Shown piece by piece: positions 31,847-41,507 of a DNA stretch of 64,000 nt. The DNA comes from Bacilli bacterium (GTDB lineage: Bacteria; Bacillota_I; Bacilli_A; RF39; UBA660): NCBI GenBank assembly GCA_017406955.1, contig JAFQXM010000007.1, positions 13,743-77,742 of the forward strand, read 5' to 3'. Position numbers and translations under genes: made by a program. The notes under the pieces are model-generated. The model had not been told where the DNA came from and did no database searches. It saw only the letters and a program-made list of their open reading frames with translations. Position 1 is the first letter of the stretch, and every line of letters starts with the position of its first letter.

Positions 31847-32443
31847 TTATTCTAATTCTTTTCTGTCATTTAAAGCTCTTTCTAAAGTTAGGCTATCAAC
31901 ATATTCCATATCAGCACCTATTGGTACTCCACTAGCAAGTCTAGTAACTTTTATACCCATACCATCTAGAATTTTCTTTATATATAACGCTGTTGTTTCT
32001 CCTTCTATACTGGGTTTAAAAGCAAAAATTATTTCTTTAAACTTTTCTTCTTTTATTCTATCAATTAATTTATTAAGTCCAATATCTTCAGGATTAATTC
32101 CATCTAATGGAGATATCAATCCATCTAATACATGGTATTTTCCACTAAATACTCCCATTTTTTCAAATAAGAATACATTTTTAGTATCTTCTACTACACA
32201 TAATAATTCGTTGTTTCTACTATTATCGGAACATATAAAACACAATTCATCTTCTGTTAAAGTATTACATTTCTTACAAGTATGTATTTTTTCTTTAACA
32301 CTAAATAAACTTTCAGAAAATAGTTTTATTTGTTCTTCTTCTAGTTCCAATATAGAAAAAGCTAATCTTTCTGCTGTTTTTTCTCCTATACCAGGTAAAG
32401 TTTTAAAAGATTCTATTAGATTCTTAATACTTTCAGGATACAT
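31847..32443 (-). CDS. recR: recombination protein RecR
   Basis: HhH motif, C4 zinc finger CKKCNTLTEDELCFIC, Toprim domain. Confidence 0.9.
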   Translation of the reverse strand: MYPESIKNLIESFKTLPGIGEKTAERLAFSILELEEEQIKLFSESLFSVKEKIHTCKKCNTLTEDELCFICSDNSRNNELLCVVEDTKNVFLFEKMGVFSGKYHVLDGLISPLDGINPEDIGLNKLIDRIKEEKFKEIIFAFKPSIEGETTALYIKKILDGMGIKVTRLASGVPIGADMEYVDSLTLERALNDRKELE

Positions 32444-32451
32444 ACTTCTAC

Positions 32452-32751
32452 CTAAAACATTCCAGGCATCATATTACTATACTTACCTAATTTTTGTTCT
32501 GTCATTTCATCTACTTTTTTATTAGCTTCATTAACAGCAACCATGATCATATCTTCTAACATCTCAATATCATCTTTATCTAAATCATTATCTTTATTGA
32601 TTTCTACCTTAGTAACTTCTTTTGTTCCTTTAATAGTCACCTTAACTAAAGAACTTTCCCCAACAAACTCAGTTTTACTAATTTCATCTTGTGCCTTAGT
32701 CATATCTTTTTGTATAGCTTGTGCTTGTTTCATCATTGCTTGAATATTCAT
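32452..32751 (-). CDS. ybaB: nucleoid-associated protein YbaB/EbfC
   Basis: 99-aa YbaB-family sequence, conserved between dnaX and recR. Confidence 0.85.
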   Translation of the reverse strand: MNIQAMMKQAQAIQKDMTKAQDEISKTEFVGESSLVKVTIKGTKEVTKVEINKDNDLDKDDIEMLEDMIMVAVNEANKKVDEMTEQKLGKYSNMMPGMF

Positions 32752-32762
32752 ATATTTCCCTC

Positions 32763-34439
32763 CTATTCAACTTCCACAATATCACCAAACAGATCAATCG
32801 TATCACTTGATATTATATCATTACTTTCTTCTTTATCAAAGACCTTCTCAGGTTCTTCTTTAACTTCAATTTTTTTACCATTTTTTAACATTTCTATATA
32901 ATTATTTTTATAATCATTCCACTCTTTATCACTGATAATAGCAAAATTCTTATTAGAATTAGTTATTTTATTGTAAATTTTTTCCATATTATCAAGATTT
33001 TCTAAATTTTGATCCACAATAGAATCATATTCATAACTCATAACAATACTATCATCATTAACTACTCTAAACTTAGAATTAAGTATTTCACATACTAAAT
33101 AACCTATTTTTTGATCAAAAGTATAATCATTTAACTTATTTAATTTTTCTTTTTCCTCATTTAATACCTTTTTATTAGCAGTAGCTAAAGTATTATTAAC
33201 TCTAACATCCATAATATCTTTAATATTTAATATTTTAGTTCCTTTTACTATTTTTTTGTTTTTTACTGGTTTTTTATCTTTTTCAACAGTTTTTTCTACT
33301 TTTTCTTCTTTTTTAGGTATTTTTTCTTTTATTTCCTGGGAAATATTCTCTTTTTCTTCTGTTTTTATTTCCCGGGAAATAATTTCACCACCATTTTCCT
33401 CTATAAATTTAAGTAATACCACTTCAATATATATTTTAGGATTACTACTATTTTTTATATCGAACATATTTTCGTTAATAATATTAACTAATTTTTCAAA
33501 ACATACACGCTTTTTATCATCTAACTCACTATTTTTCTTATCTAAATAGTAATTAACTATATTATCCCTTAAGTAATACATTATTTGAGATAATACTTGG
33601 ATTAAATTTTTTCCACTATTATTAATATCATTAATAATTTCTAATACTTTTTTTATATCTGATCCATATATAGAATCGCAAAATTCTTTTAATTCACTTT
33701 TTCTTAATAATTCGTTTATTTCTATATAATCATCATATGTAATCTTATCTGAATTATATGAAGATAATTTATCTAAACTACCAATAGAATCTCTCATTCC
33801 ACCATCAGAAGATAAGGCAATTTCTTCTAACACGTCATCTTCTACTTTAATTTTTTCAGACTTACATATTTTCTTAAGATTATTAACTATTTCATCGTTA
33901 GATATTCTTTTAAAATTAAAACATTGACATCTAGATATGATTGTTTCTGGTATTTTTTGCCTATTTGTTGTAGCAAGTATAAATATTGCATGTTCTGGAG
34001 GTTCTTCTAAAGTTTTCAATAACGCATTAAAAGCTCCAGTTGATAACATATGTACTTCATCGATTATATATACTTTATAAGTTAATTCTGCTGGTACTAA
34101 AGATATTTTATTACGTAATTCTCTTATTTCTTCTACTCCATTATTAGAAGCAGCATCCATTTCTATAATATCAACACATTCTTTTTCTATAGATTTCTTA
34201 CAATTATTACACTTTCCACAAGGATTACCATCTTTAGAATCAGTACAATTAACCGCTCTAGCAAATATCTTAGAAATTGTTGTTTTACCTGTACCTCTAG
34301 GACCAAAAAATAAATAAGCATGTCCATTTTTATGATTTTTAATAGTGTTTTTTAAAGTTTTTACTACTACATCCTGTCCTACTACATCATCAAAAGTTTG
34401 AGGTCTATATTTTCTATATAAAGCTTGATACATCATCAT
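32763..34439 (-). CDS. dnaX: DNA polymerase III subunit tau/gamma
   Basis: Walker A GPRGTGKTT, zinc module CGKCNNC, SRC motif; K/E-repeat linker. Confidence 0.9.
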   Translation of the reverse strand: MMMYQALYRKYRPQTFDDVVGQDVVVKTLKNTIKNHKNGHAYLFFGPRGTGKTTISKIFARAVNCTDSKDGNPCGKCNNCKKSIEKECVDIIEMDAASNNGVEEIRELRNKISLVPAELTYKVYIIDEVHMLSTGAFNALLKTLEEPPEHAIFILATTNRQKIPETIISRCQCFNFKRISNDEIVNNLKKICKSEKIKVEDDVLEEIALSSDGGMRDSIGSLDKLSSYNSDKITYDDYIEINELLRKSELKEFCDSIYGSDIKKVLEIINDINNSGKNLIQVLSQIMYYLRDNIVNYYLDKKNSELDDKKRVCFEKLVNIINENMFDIKNSSNPKIYIEVVLLKFIEENGGEIISREIKTEEKENISQEIKEKIPKKEEKVEKTVEKDKKPVKNKKIVKGTKILNIKDIMDVRVNNTLATANKKVLNEEKEKLNKLNDYTFDQKIGYLVCEILNSKFRVVNDDSIVMSYEYDSIVDQNLENLDNMEKIYNKITNSNKNFAIISDKEWNDYKNNYIEMLKNGKKIEVKEEPEKVFDKEESNDIISSDTIDLFGDIVEVE

Positions 34440-34482
34440 AACCTCCTCTTCATATATTATACCATATTACTATTAATTATTT

Positions 34483-34932
34483 TTACTTTTTTCTTTGTTT
34501 TTCAAAGAAAATATTCATCATAGATTTTATTTTATCAACAGCTAAATTATTATAAATTTTAACTGATTTATTATTTTTATCTTTTTCTAATATTTTATTA
34601 ACAATTTTAATATTTTCTTGATCTAAATTAGATAATCCACAATAAATATTATTTATTCTTGATTGTTTTATAGCACTAGCACACATAGGACATGGTTCTA
34701 ATGTAATATATATATCACAATCATTTAATCTCCAATTATTAAGTTTTTTTGAAGCTTTTTCTATCGCAATTAATTCAGCATGTTTAGTAACTAAATTGTG
34801 TTTTTCCTTTTTATTATAAGCTTTTGCTATTATTTGATCATCTTTTACTACTACACAACCTACAGGAACTTCATTTATTTTCAAAGCTTTCTCTGCTTCT
34901 TTAATAGCAATATCCATATATTTTAAGTTCAT
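34483..34932 (-). CDS. tadA: tRNA-specific adenosine deaminase
   Basis: HAELIAI and PCPMCASAI zinc-binding motifs. GGAG RBS before ATG at 34932; the track's N-terminal extension overlaps ffs and is rejected. Confidence 0.85.
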   Translation of the reverse strand: MNLKYMDIAIKEAEKALKINEVPVGCVVVKDDQIIAKAYNKKEKHNLVTKHAELIAIEKASKKLNNWRLNDCDIYITLEPCPMCASAIKQSRINNIYCGLSNLDQENIKIVNKILEKDKNNKSVKIYNNLAVDKIKSMMNIFFEKQRKK

Positions 34933-34944
34933 ATTATCAACTCC

Positions 34945-35030
34945 AAAATAAAACGTGCACATAAAAGTTAAATGTTAAGGCTGCTATCTTCCGATTCTGA
35001 CCTGGTTCCATCACTTTTATTGCACGTATA
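34945..35030 (-). ncRNA. ffs: small (4.5S-type) signal recognition particle RNA
   Basis: Minus-strand CCAGGUCAGAAUCGGAAGAUAGCAGCC matches SRP RNA domain IV (CCAGGUCAGGUCCGGAAGGAAGCAGCC). Closed by a 13-bp helix GUGCAAUAAAAGU/ACUUUUAUGUGCAC; U-rich tail. Confidence 0.7.
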
Positions 35031-35031
35031 T

Positions 35032-35060
35032 ATTTTATTATATTTATTATTATTTGTAAA
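35032..35060 (-). promoter_or_regulatory. sigma-A-type promoter for ffs
   Basis: Minus-strand TTTACA, 17-nt spacer, TAAAAT; ends about 7 nt before the SRP RNA 5' helix. Confidence 0.5.
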
Positions 35061-35070
35061 TATTTTTATT

Positions 35071-35088
35071 ATGTTTCATGTGGAACAT
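35071..35088. repeat. 18-bp imperfect palindrome copy 1 (ATGTTTCATGTGGAACAT)
   Basis: Dyad of half-site ATGTT(T/C)CAC; copy 1 of 3 in the gyrA-ffs intergenic region. Confidence 0.8.
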
Positions 35089-35111
35089 TAAAATATTATA
35101 TAAAACCATCT

Positions 35112-35129
35112 ATGTTTCACGTGGAACAT
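35112..35129. repeat. 18-bp imperfect palindrome copy 2 (ATGTTTCACGTGGAACAT)
   Basis: Identical to copy 3; CACGTG centre. Confidence 0.8.
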
Positions 35130-35180
35130 CACTTATTTTATTATTTATTTCCAAAAAAACATCAATTTTTTATTTAAATT

Positions 35181-35194
35181 ATTTCCCGGGAAAT
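35181..35194. repeat. perfect 14-bp palindrome ATTTCCCGGGAAAT
   Basis: Perfect dyad containing a CCCGGG core, unusual in this AT-rich DNA. Confidence 0.7.
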
Positions 35195-35214
35195 ATTTTT
35201 TATACTTTCTACTT

Positions 35215-35232
35215 ATGTTTCACGTGGAACAT
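35215..35232. repeat. 18-bp imperfect palindrome copy 3 (ATGTTTCACGTGGAACAT)
   Basis: Identical to copy 2; 13 nt from the gyrA stop. Confidence 0.8.
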
Positions 35233-35244
35233 AAAAAAAGAAGA

Positions 35245-37731
35245 TTATTCTTCTTCAGAATTATCTTCTTCAGTTTCTTTTAATACTAATGCTATAGTAG
35301 AAACTTTTTGATTATCTTTAAGATTTATTAATCTTACACCTTGAGTAGCACGTTTTAAAATAGAAATTTGTTCTAAAGGCATTTTTATAATTATTCCACT
35401 ATCAGTAATAATCATTACATCATACATTTCTTTTTCATCAACACACTTAAGTCCAGCCATAATTCCATTTTTATCTGTAATATTAAGTGCTTTAACACCT
35501 TTACTTCCTCTATGCGTTAATCTATATTCATCAACTAGAGTTTGTTTTCCATAACCTTTTTCAGTTACTATTAATATTAAATTTCCATTTTTTACCACTT
35601 CAGATCCAATAACTTTATCCCCAGAATTTAGATAAATTCCTTTAACACCAGAAGCACTTCTACCCATAACTCTTACTTCTGATTCATTAAATCTAACCAT
35701 TCTACCATTATTAGCACCAATTGCAATCTCTTCTTCGCCAGTAGTTATTCTAACAGCAATCAATTCATCTTCTTCTTTTAGACCAATTGCAATCTTACCA
35801 CTCTTACGTATATTATCAAATTGAGTTAAATCAGTACGTTTAATTAATCCATTCTTAGTTACAAATACTAAATATTTATAATTTTCATCTTCTGGATCTA
35901 TTTTAATTATCGAACTAATGTTCTCATCTTTCTCTAATGGTAATAAGTTAATTATTGGTAAACCTTTAGATTGTCTACTAAACTCAGGTATTTCATAACC
36001 TTTAATTCTATATACTCTACCTCTATTAGAGAAGAATAATATATAATCATGAGTTTTCATAGAAATTAAATGTTCTACAAAGTCTTCTTCGTTAGTAGTC
36101 ATTCCTTTAACTCCTACTCCTCCTCTATTTTGAGTTCTATAAGTATCAGATTTTAATCTCTTAACATATCCTTTATTAGTTAAAGTAACAATAATATCTT
36201 CAACAGGTATTAAAGATTCATCTTCGATATAGTCGATTGCAGTCATATCAATAGTTGTTCTTCTATCATCACCATATTTACTTTTAATTTCAGTTAATTC
36301 CTTCTTAATTATATCCAAGACTTTTTGTTCATCAGCTAAAATAGATTTTAGTTCTTCTATTAATTTTAATAATTCTTCAAGTTCATTTTCAATCTTAGAT
36401 CTTTCAAGTCCTGTTAATCTACGAAGTTTTAATTCTAATATACTATCAGCTTGTACTTCAGTAAATGCAAAAGTTTTAATTAATTGTTCTTTAGCTTCTA
36501 CATCACTCATAGCTCCTCTAATAATTTTAATTACTTCATCTAAATTATTTAAAGCTATTTTATAACCTTCTAATATATGAACACGTTTTTCTGTTTTATT
36601 TAAATCAAATCTAGTTCTTCTAATAATTACTTCTTTTTGATAATTAATGTATTTAGAAATAATATCTTTTAAACCTAATGTTTTAGGAGTTTTATCATCA
36701 ATCATCATTAAGTTTATACCATAACTAACTTGGAAATTAGTATGTTTATATAAATTATTTAGAACTACTTGCGGATTTGCAGATTGTTTTAAAGTAATAG
36801 TTATTTTAACACCATCTTTTAAATCTGTATGATAATCAGATATTCCATCAATTACTTTATTATGAACAAGTTCTGCAACTTTATTTTTTAAATCTAGTGT
36901 ATTAACACCATATGGAACTTCTGTAATAACTATATTACTATGATTACCAACTTCTTCTATTTGAGCCTTACTACGTATAGTAATACTTCCTTTACCAGTT
37001 TCATAAGCTCTAGCTATTCCGCTATTTCCAAGAATTATTCCACCTGTAGGAAAATCTGGTCCTTTAACATATTCCATTAATCCTAAAGTATCTATTTCAG
37101 GGTTACCTATATATGCAATACAACCATCAATTACTTCTCCTAAATTATGTGGTGGGATGTTTGTTGCCATACCAACAGCAATTCCCATAGTACCATTTAC
37201 TAATATATTAGGAAATCTACTAGGTAAAACTACTGGTTCATCTAAAGATTCATCAAAGTTTTTACCCATTTCCACAGTATCTTTACCAATATCTCTTAAT
37301 AATTCTAAAGACATTTTAGAAAGACGTGATTCTGTATAACGCATTGCTGCTGCGCCATCACCTTCGATATTACCAAAGTTACCATGTCCATCTATTAGCA
37401 AATATCTTTGATTGAAATCTTGTGCCATTCTAACCATTGCTTCATAAATTGAAGAATCACCATGTGGGTGATAATTACCCATAACTTCTCCGACTGTTTT
37501 AGCACTCTTACGATGTGGTTTATCTGGAGTATAACCTGATTTATACATACTCCATAAAATTCTTCTATGAACAGGTTTTAATCCATCTCTTAAATCAGGT
37601 AAAGCACGTGATGTAATAACACTAACAGCATATTCTAAGAATGAATCTTTTACTTCTTTAACAATATTGTTTTCAGCTAAACTATCTCTTTCATGAAAAG
37701 CCAAACCATATTCTTCATTATTATTTTTCAT
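35245..37731 (-). CDS. gyrA: DNA gyrase subunit A
   Basis: 828 aa; N-terminal breakage-reunion domain with active-site Tyr context (AAMRYTE) and C-terminal beta-pinwheel repeats. Confidence 0.95.
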   Translation of the reverse strand: MKNNNEEYGLAFHERDSLAENNIVKEVKDSFLEYAVSVITSRALPDLRDGLKPVHRRILWSMYKSGYTPDKPHRKSAKTVGEVMGNYHPHGDSSIYEAMVRMAQDFNQRYLLIDGHGNFGNIEGDGAAAMRYTESRLSKMSLELLRDIGKDTVEMGKNFDESLDEPVVLPSRFPNILVNGTMGIAVGMATNIPPHNLGEVIDGCIAYIGNPEIDTLGLMEYVKGPDFPTGGIILGNSGIARAYETGKGSITIRSKAQIEEVGNHSNIVITEVPYGVNTLDLKNKVAELVHNKVIDGISDYHTDLKDGVKITITLKQSANPQVVLNNLYKHTNFQVSYGINLMMIDDKTPKTLGLKDIISKYINYQKEVIIRRTRFDLNKTEKRVHILEGYKIALNNLDEVIKIIRGAMSDVEAKEQLIKTFAFTEVQADSILELKLRRLTGLERSKIENELEELLKLIEELKSILADEQKVLDIIKKELTEIKSKYGDDRRTTIDMTAIDYIEDESLIPVEDIIVTLTNKGYVKRLKSDTYRTQNRGGVGVKGMTTNEEDFVEHLISMKTHDYILFFSNRGRVYRIKGYEIPEFSRQSKGLPIINLLPLEKDENISSIIKIDPEDENYKYLVFVTKNGLIKRTDLTQFDNIRKSGKIAIGLKEEDELIAVRITTGEEEIAIGANNGRMVRFNESEVRVMGRSASGVKGIYLNSGDKVIGSEVVKNGNLILIVTEKGYGKQTLVDEYRLTHRGSKGVKALNITDKNGIMAGLKCVDEKEMYDVMIITDSGIIIKMPLEQISILKRATQGVRLINLKDNQKVSTIALVLKETEEDNSEEE

Positions 37732-37741
37732 ACCTTACCTC

Positions 37742-39676
37742 CTATATATCAAGATTCTCAACATATTGAGCATTTTCTTCTATAAATTTTCTTCTAGGTT
37801 CTACTTCTTCACCCATTAGTTTTTGGAATATTGAATCTGCTTCTACTAAATCATCTACAGTAATTTTTCTTAAAGTTCTTTGTTCTATATCCATAGTTGT
37901 TTCATTTAATTCTTCAGCATCCATTTCTCCTAAACCTTTCATACGAGCTATTTCAGCACGATCTCTAATATTTTCAGGTAAAGAATTTAAATATTCATTT
38001 AATTCATCATCATTAAGCACATATTTTCTAGTTTTACCATGCATTATTCTATATAGTGGTGGCTGTGCAGCATAAACATGTCCTTCTTCTACTATAGGTC
38101 TAAAGAATCTATAGAATAAAGTAAGTAATAATACTCTAATATGAGAACCATCTACATCTGCATCGGTCATGATTACAATTTTATCGTATCTTAATTTACT
38201 AAGATCAAATTCATCACCAATACCTGTACCAAATGCAGTTATGATAGTTCTTATTTCTTCATTACCTAAAGCTCTATCAAGTCTATTTTTTTCAACATTT
38301 AATATTTTTCCACGTAAAGGTAAAATTGCTTGAGTCATTGAATCTCTACCCTTTTTAGCAGAACCTCCAGCTGAATCTCCCTCGACTATAAATATTTCAG
38401 ATTCTTTAGGATCTTTACTCTTACAATCAGATAATTTACCAAAGAAATTACTAACAGCTAAATCACTTTTTCTAGTAATTTCTCTTGCTTTTTTAGCTGC
38501 ATGTCTAGCACGAGAAGCTAAAATAGCCTTTTCTATAATCACTTTTGCTTCACTAGGATTTTCTAATAAGAATTTTTCAAATCCTTTAGCAAATATACTA
38601 TCTGCAAGTTTTCTAACTTCAGAATTTCCAAGTCTTCCTTTAGTTTGTCCTTCAAATTGAGGATTTGGATGTTTACAAGATATAATCATTGTTAATCCTT
38701 CTTTAACATCATCACCTGTTAAAGACTCATCTTTTTCTTTTAATATATTATTCTTTTTAGCATAACTATTTATAACTCTAGTTAAAGCTCTTTTAACACC
38801 TTCTTCATGAGTACCACCATCATGAGTATTAATATTATTAACAAAAGAATAAATATTTTCATTATATCCAGTATTATATTGCATTGCTACTTCAAACATT
38901 ACATTATTTTCTTCACCTTCTAAGTGAATAATATCTTCATGAATTGGTGTTTTTTCTTGATTGATAAATTTAACATATTCAGAAATTCCACCTTCATATA
39001 AGAATGTTTCTCCTGTAGATTCATCTAGGTCTCTATCATCTCTTAAAGTTAATCTTAAACCTTTATTTAAGAAAGCTAATTCCCTAACTCTTACCATTAA
39101 AGTATTATAATCATAAATATCAGTATCGAATATATCTGGATCTGGTTTAAAAGTAACAAAAGTTCCTGTTCTATTAGGTTCACACTCCCCTATTACTTTT
39201 AAAGGTTCAACAGTATGACCACCATTTTCAAACTTTATATAATAAATTTTAGAATCTTTATATACTTTAACTTCTACCCATTTACTTAATGCATTAACAA
39301 CACTAGCACCAACTCCGTGAAGTCCACCAGATACTTTATATCCTCCTCCACCAAATTTACCACCAGCATGTAATACTGTATAAACAGTTTCAACTGTACT
39401 TATACCAGTCTTTTTATGCTTTTCAACAGGTATACCGCGTCCATCATCTTTAACTGTAATACTATTATCTTTATTAATAATAATTTCTATATTATTACAA
39501 AAACCAGCTAAAGATTCATCAATAGCATTATCAACAATTTCCCATACTAAATGATGAAGACCTTTGACATCAGTAGTACCAATATACATACCTGGTCTTT
39601 TTCTAACAGCTTCTAATCCTTCTAAGACTTGAATTGCGGATGAATCATATTTTTCTTCGACTTTTTCTTCACTCAT
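37742..39676 (-). CDS. gyrB: DNA gyrase subunit B
   Basis: GHKL ATPase, Toprim [17 protein letters not shown] motifs. Confidence 0.95.
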   Translation of the reverse strand: MSEEKVEEKYDSSAIQVLEGLEAVRKRPGMYIGTTDVKGLHHLVWEIVDNAIDESLAGFCNNIEIIINKDNSITVKDDGRGIPVEKHKKTGISTVETVYTVLHAGGKFGGGGYKVSGGLHGVGASVVNALSKWVEVKVYKDSKIYYIKFENGGHTVEPLKVIGECEPNRTGTFVTFKPDPDIFDTDIYDYNTLMVRVRELAFLNKGLRLTLRDDRDLDESTGETFLYEGGISEYVKFINQEKTPIHEDIIHLEGEENNVMFEVAMQYNTGYNENIYSFVNNINTHDGGTHEEGVKRALTRVINSYAKKNNILKEKDESLTGDDVKEGLTMIISCKHPNPQFEGQTKGRLGNSEVRKLADSIFAKGFEKFLLENPSEAKVIIEKAILASRARHAAKKAREITRKSDLAVSNFFGKLSDCKSKDPKESEIFIVEGDSAGGSAKKGRDSMTQAILPLRGKILNVEKNRLDRALGNEEIRTIITAFGTGIGDEFDLSKLRYDKIVIMTDADVDGSHIRVLLLTLFYRFFRPIVEEGHVYAAQPPLYRIMHGKTRKYVLNDDELNEYLNSLPENIRDRAEIARMKGLGEMDAEELNETTMDIEQRTLRKITVDDLVEADSIFQKLMGEEVEPRRKFIEENAQYVENLDI

Positions 39677-39683
39677 CTTATCC

Positions 39684-40793
39684 CTACTTTCTCTCTACTT
39701 GTCCATTATCTATTTTATATATAGTTGCATTTTCTAAATATTTCTTATTGATTCTTCTTAAATCAGTAGTAGTAATTATACTTTGAATATTATTTCCTAC
39801 TAATTTTAATAACTTATTACTCTTTTTAACATCTAATTCACTAAATATATCATCTAAAAGTAATATTGGTAATTCTTCACAATATTCTTCAAATATAGGT
39901 ATTTCACTTAATTTAAACGCAATAACTGCAGCTTTTTGTTGTCCTTGAGATCCAAAATACTTTAAATTTTCACCATTCAATAAAAATTCAAAATCATCTC
40001 TATGAGGACCATACATAGTCATACCATAATTTAATTCCTTTTGATAATTACTATCATAAGTAGATTTCATTACCTTTATTATTTCATCATCTTCATACTT
40101 ATCAATCTCAATATTAGGAACATAATTAACTTTTAAAACTTCAGAATTAGTAATACTTTTATAATTATCACTTATATTTTTATTAATATTATCTATAAAT
40201 TCTTTTCTTAATTTATAAATTATTACTGCTTTTTCTATTAACTTATCAGTAATTACATCTAAATAATTCTTATCAGCAATAGAATTACTAAATAATAATT
40301 TTAAATATTCATTCCTAGTTTTTAAAATTTTATTATATTCATTATAAGTATTTAAATAAATTTTAGATATTTGTGAAAGTTCTATATTTAATAAATTTCT
40401 GCGTATATTAGGTGATCCTTTTATAATATCTAAATCATCTGGAGTAAATACTATAACATTTAAATTAGATATATAATCTGATACTTTCTTAACTTCATCT
40501 AAATTTAAAGTTAATTTTTTACTATCATTTGTTATTTTTACTCCTAATTTAGATACAATCTTATTTTTCTTAACTATTCCTTTTATAGAACTTTTATTTT
40601 TACCATGTTTTATAATATTAGGACTAATACCTATTCTATGAGACTTTGTTAAAGCTAAAATTACTATAGATTCTAATATATTAGTTTTACCTTGAGCATT
40701 ATCTCCAATAAAAATATTCATATTATTACCTAATTTTATATCAACACGGTCATAATTTCTAAAATTTACTAAGTTTAATTTAGTTATTTTCAT
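39684..40793 (-). CDS. recF: DNA replication and repair protein RecF
   Basis: Walker [10 protein letters not shown] and ABC/SMC signature; conserved after dnaN. Confidence 0.9.
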   Translation of the reverse strand: MKITKLNLVNFRNYDRVDIKLGNNMNIFIGDNAQGKTNILESIVILALTKSHRIGISPNIIKHGKNKSSIKGIVKKNKIVSKLGVKITNDSKKLTLNLDEVKKVSDYISNLNVIVFTPDDLDIIKGSPNIRRNLLNIELSQISKIYLNTYNEYNKILKTRNEYLKLLFSNSIADKNYLDVITDKLIEKAVIIYKLRKEFIDNINKNISDNYKSITNSEVLKVNYVPNIEIDKYEDDEIIKVMKSTYDSNYQKELNYGMTMYGPHRDDFEFLLNGENLKYFGSQGQQKAAVIAFKLSEIPIFEEYCEELPILLLDDIFSELDVKKSNKLLKLVGNNIQSIITTTDLRRINKKYLENATIYKIDNGQVERK

Positions 40794-40897
40794 CCAGAAC
40801 GCAAAATAAGAGCCATATAATCACCTTTCCCCTATCTCGGTATTCCTATACACACATTAATATTATATCATAAAAAGCAGGATTAATCACTAAAAAA

Positions 40898-40915
40898 ATA
40901 GTTAACACTAACTAT
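40898..40915 (-). terminator. terminator at comK-like gene 3' end
   Basis: ATAGTTA-ACAC-TAACTAT hairpin with an A-run on the plus strand. Confidence 0.45.
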
Positions 40916-41363
40916 TTTCTTTTATTTTTCTATTTCTCATAATTAAATCTAATCTAGATGCTCTAGAAATTTGATTTTCTACAGATCTAAATGATACAGG
41001 TACTATAATTTCTTTATCATTATTAAATATTATTTTAGTACTTGTAGAATCTATCCTTTTTATTCTTTTTACATGACCTAAAGAAATCCATGCACAATCT
41101 TCAGCTCTTGGTGAAGTCGTAGGAAAAAGTATAATATTATTAGATTCTTCTAATATTATAGGTACTTTATATTCAGCACCTAATATACTTTTAGCACTTT
41201 CTTTTCTACCATTATAAGAACTACCAAAGTACTTACAACTTTCTTCCATTATTTTAAATGGTTTTTCTTTAATAATATACCTTTCGTGATCTTCATAAAC
41301 TAAACTACTTTCTTCTGTGTTTGGTACGATTGCTAAAGTACCCTTTGTTACTTCATAATTCAT
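40908..41363 (-). CDS. comK: ComK-family competence transcription factor
   Basis: Four aligned blocks against B. subtilis ComK: YEVTKGTLAIVP; SCKYFGSSYNGRK; LFPTTSPRAEDCAWISLGHVK; SFRSVENQISRASRL. Confidence 0.65.
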   Translation of the reverse strand: MNYEVTKGTLAIVPNTEESSLVYEDHERYIIKEKPFKIMEESCKYFGSSYNGRKESAKSILGAEYKVPIILEESNNIILFPTTSPRAEDCAWISLGHVKRIKRIDSTSTKIIFNNDKEIIVPVSFRSVENQISRASRLDLIMRNRKIKENS

Positions 41364-41482
41364 ATATATTCCCCCTTAGAAAACTTCCGTTTTCGCAAAT
41401 TAAAATAGCATATTTATATGTCTAAATTTGTTGAAATATGTCTATTCATATATATTATTATCAAAAAATAATATTTTTCCAT

Positions 41483-41506
41483 AAAAAAAATAGAATTTCT
41501 TCTATT
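41483..41506 (-). terminator. terminator after dnaN
   Basis: AATAGAA/TTCTATT hairpin with an A8 run on the plus strand. Confidence 0.5.
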
Positions 41507-41507
41507 T

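Noticed and set aside
31596-32525. 309-aa plus-strand ORF spanning holB/bofA/recR on the opposite strand
   Set aside because: Serine/leucine-rich low-complexity translation crossing three validated minus-strand genes and their intergenic gaps; no RBS.
33341-33380. ATTTCC(T/C)GGGAAAT palindromes inside dnaX resembling the intergenic perfect palindrome at 35181
   Set aside because: Explained by a peptide-level repeat (ISQEIKEK / ISREIKTE) in the tau linker, which makes them coding-driven rather than a regulatory site.
34933-34962. N-terminal extension MCTFYFGVDN of tadA in the ORF track
   Set aside because: Overlaps the SRP RNA 3' helix. A GGAG RBS precedes the internal ATG at 34932, which gives a normal TadA N-terminus.
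35071-35232. Interpretation of the triplicated palindrome as LexA (Cheo) boxes or cre sites
   Set aside because: Half-site order is GTTTC...GGAAC, opposite to LexA GAAC-N4-GTTC. Spacing and sequence do not fit the cre consensus WTGNAANCGNWNNCW.
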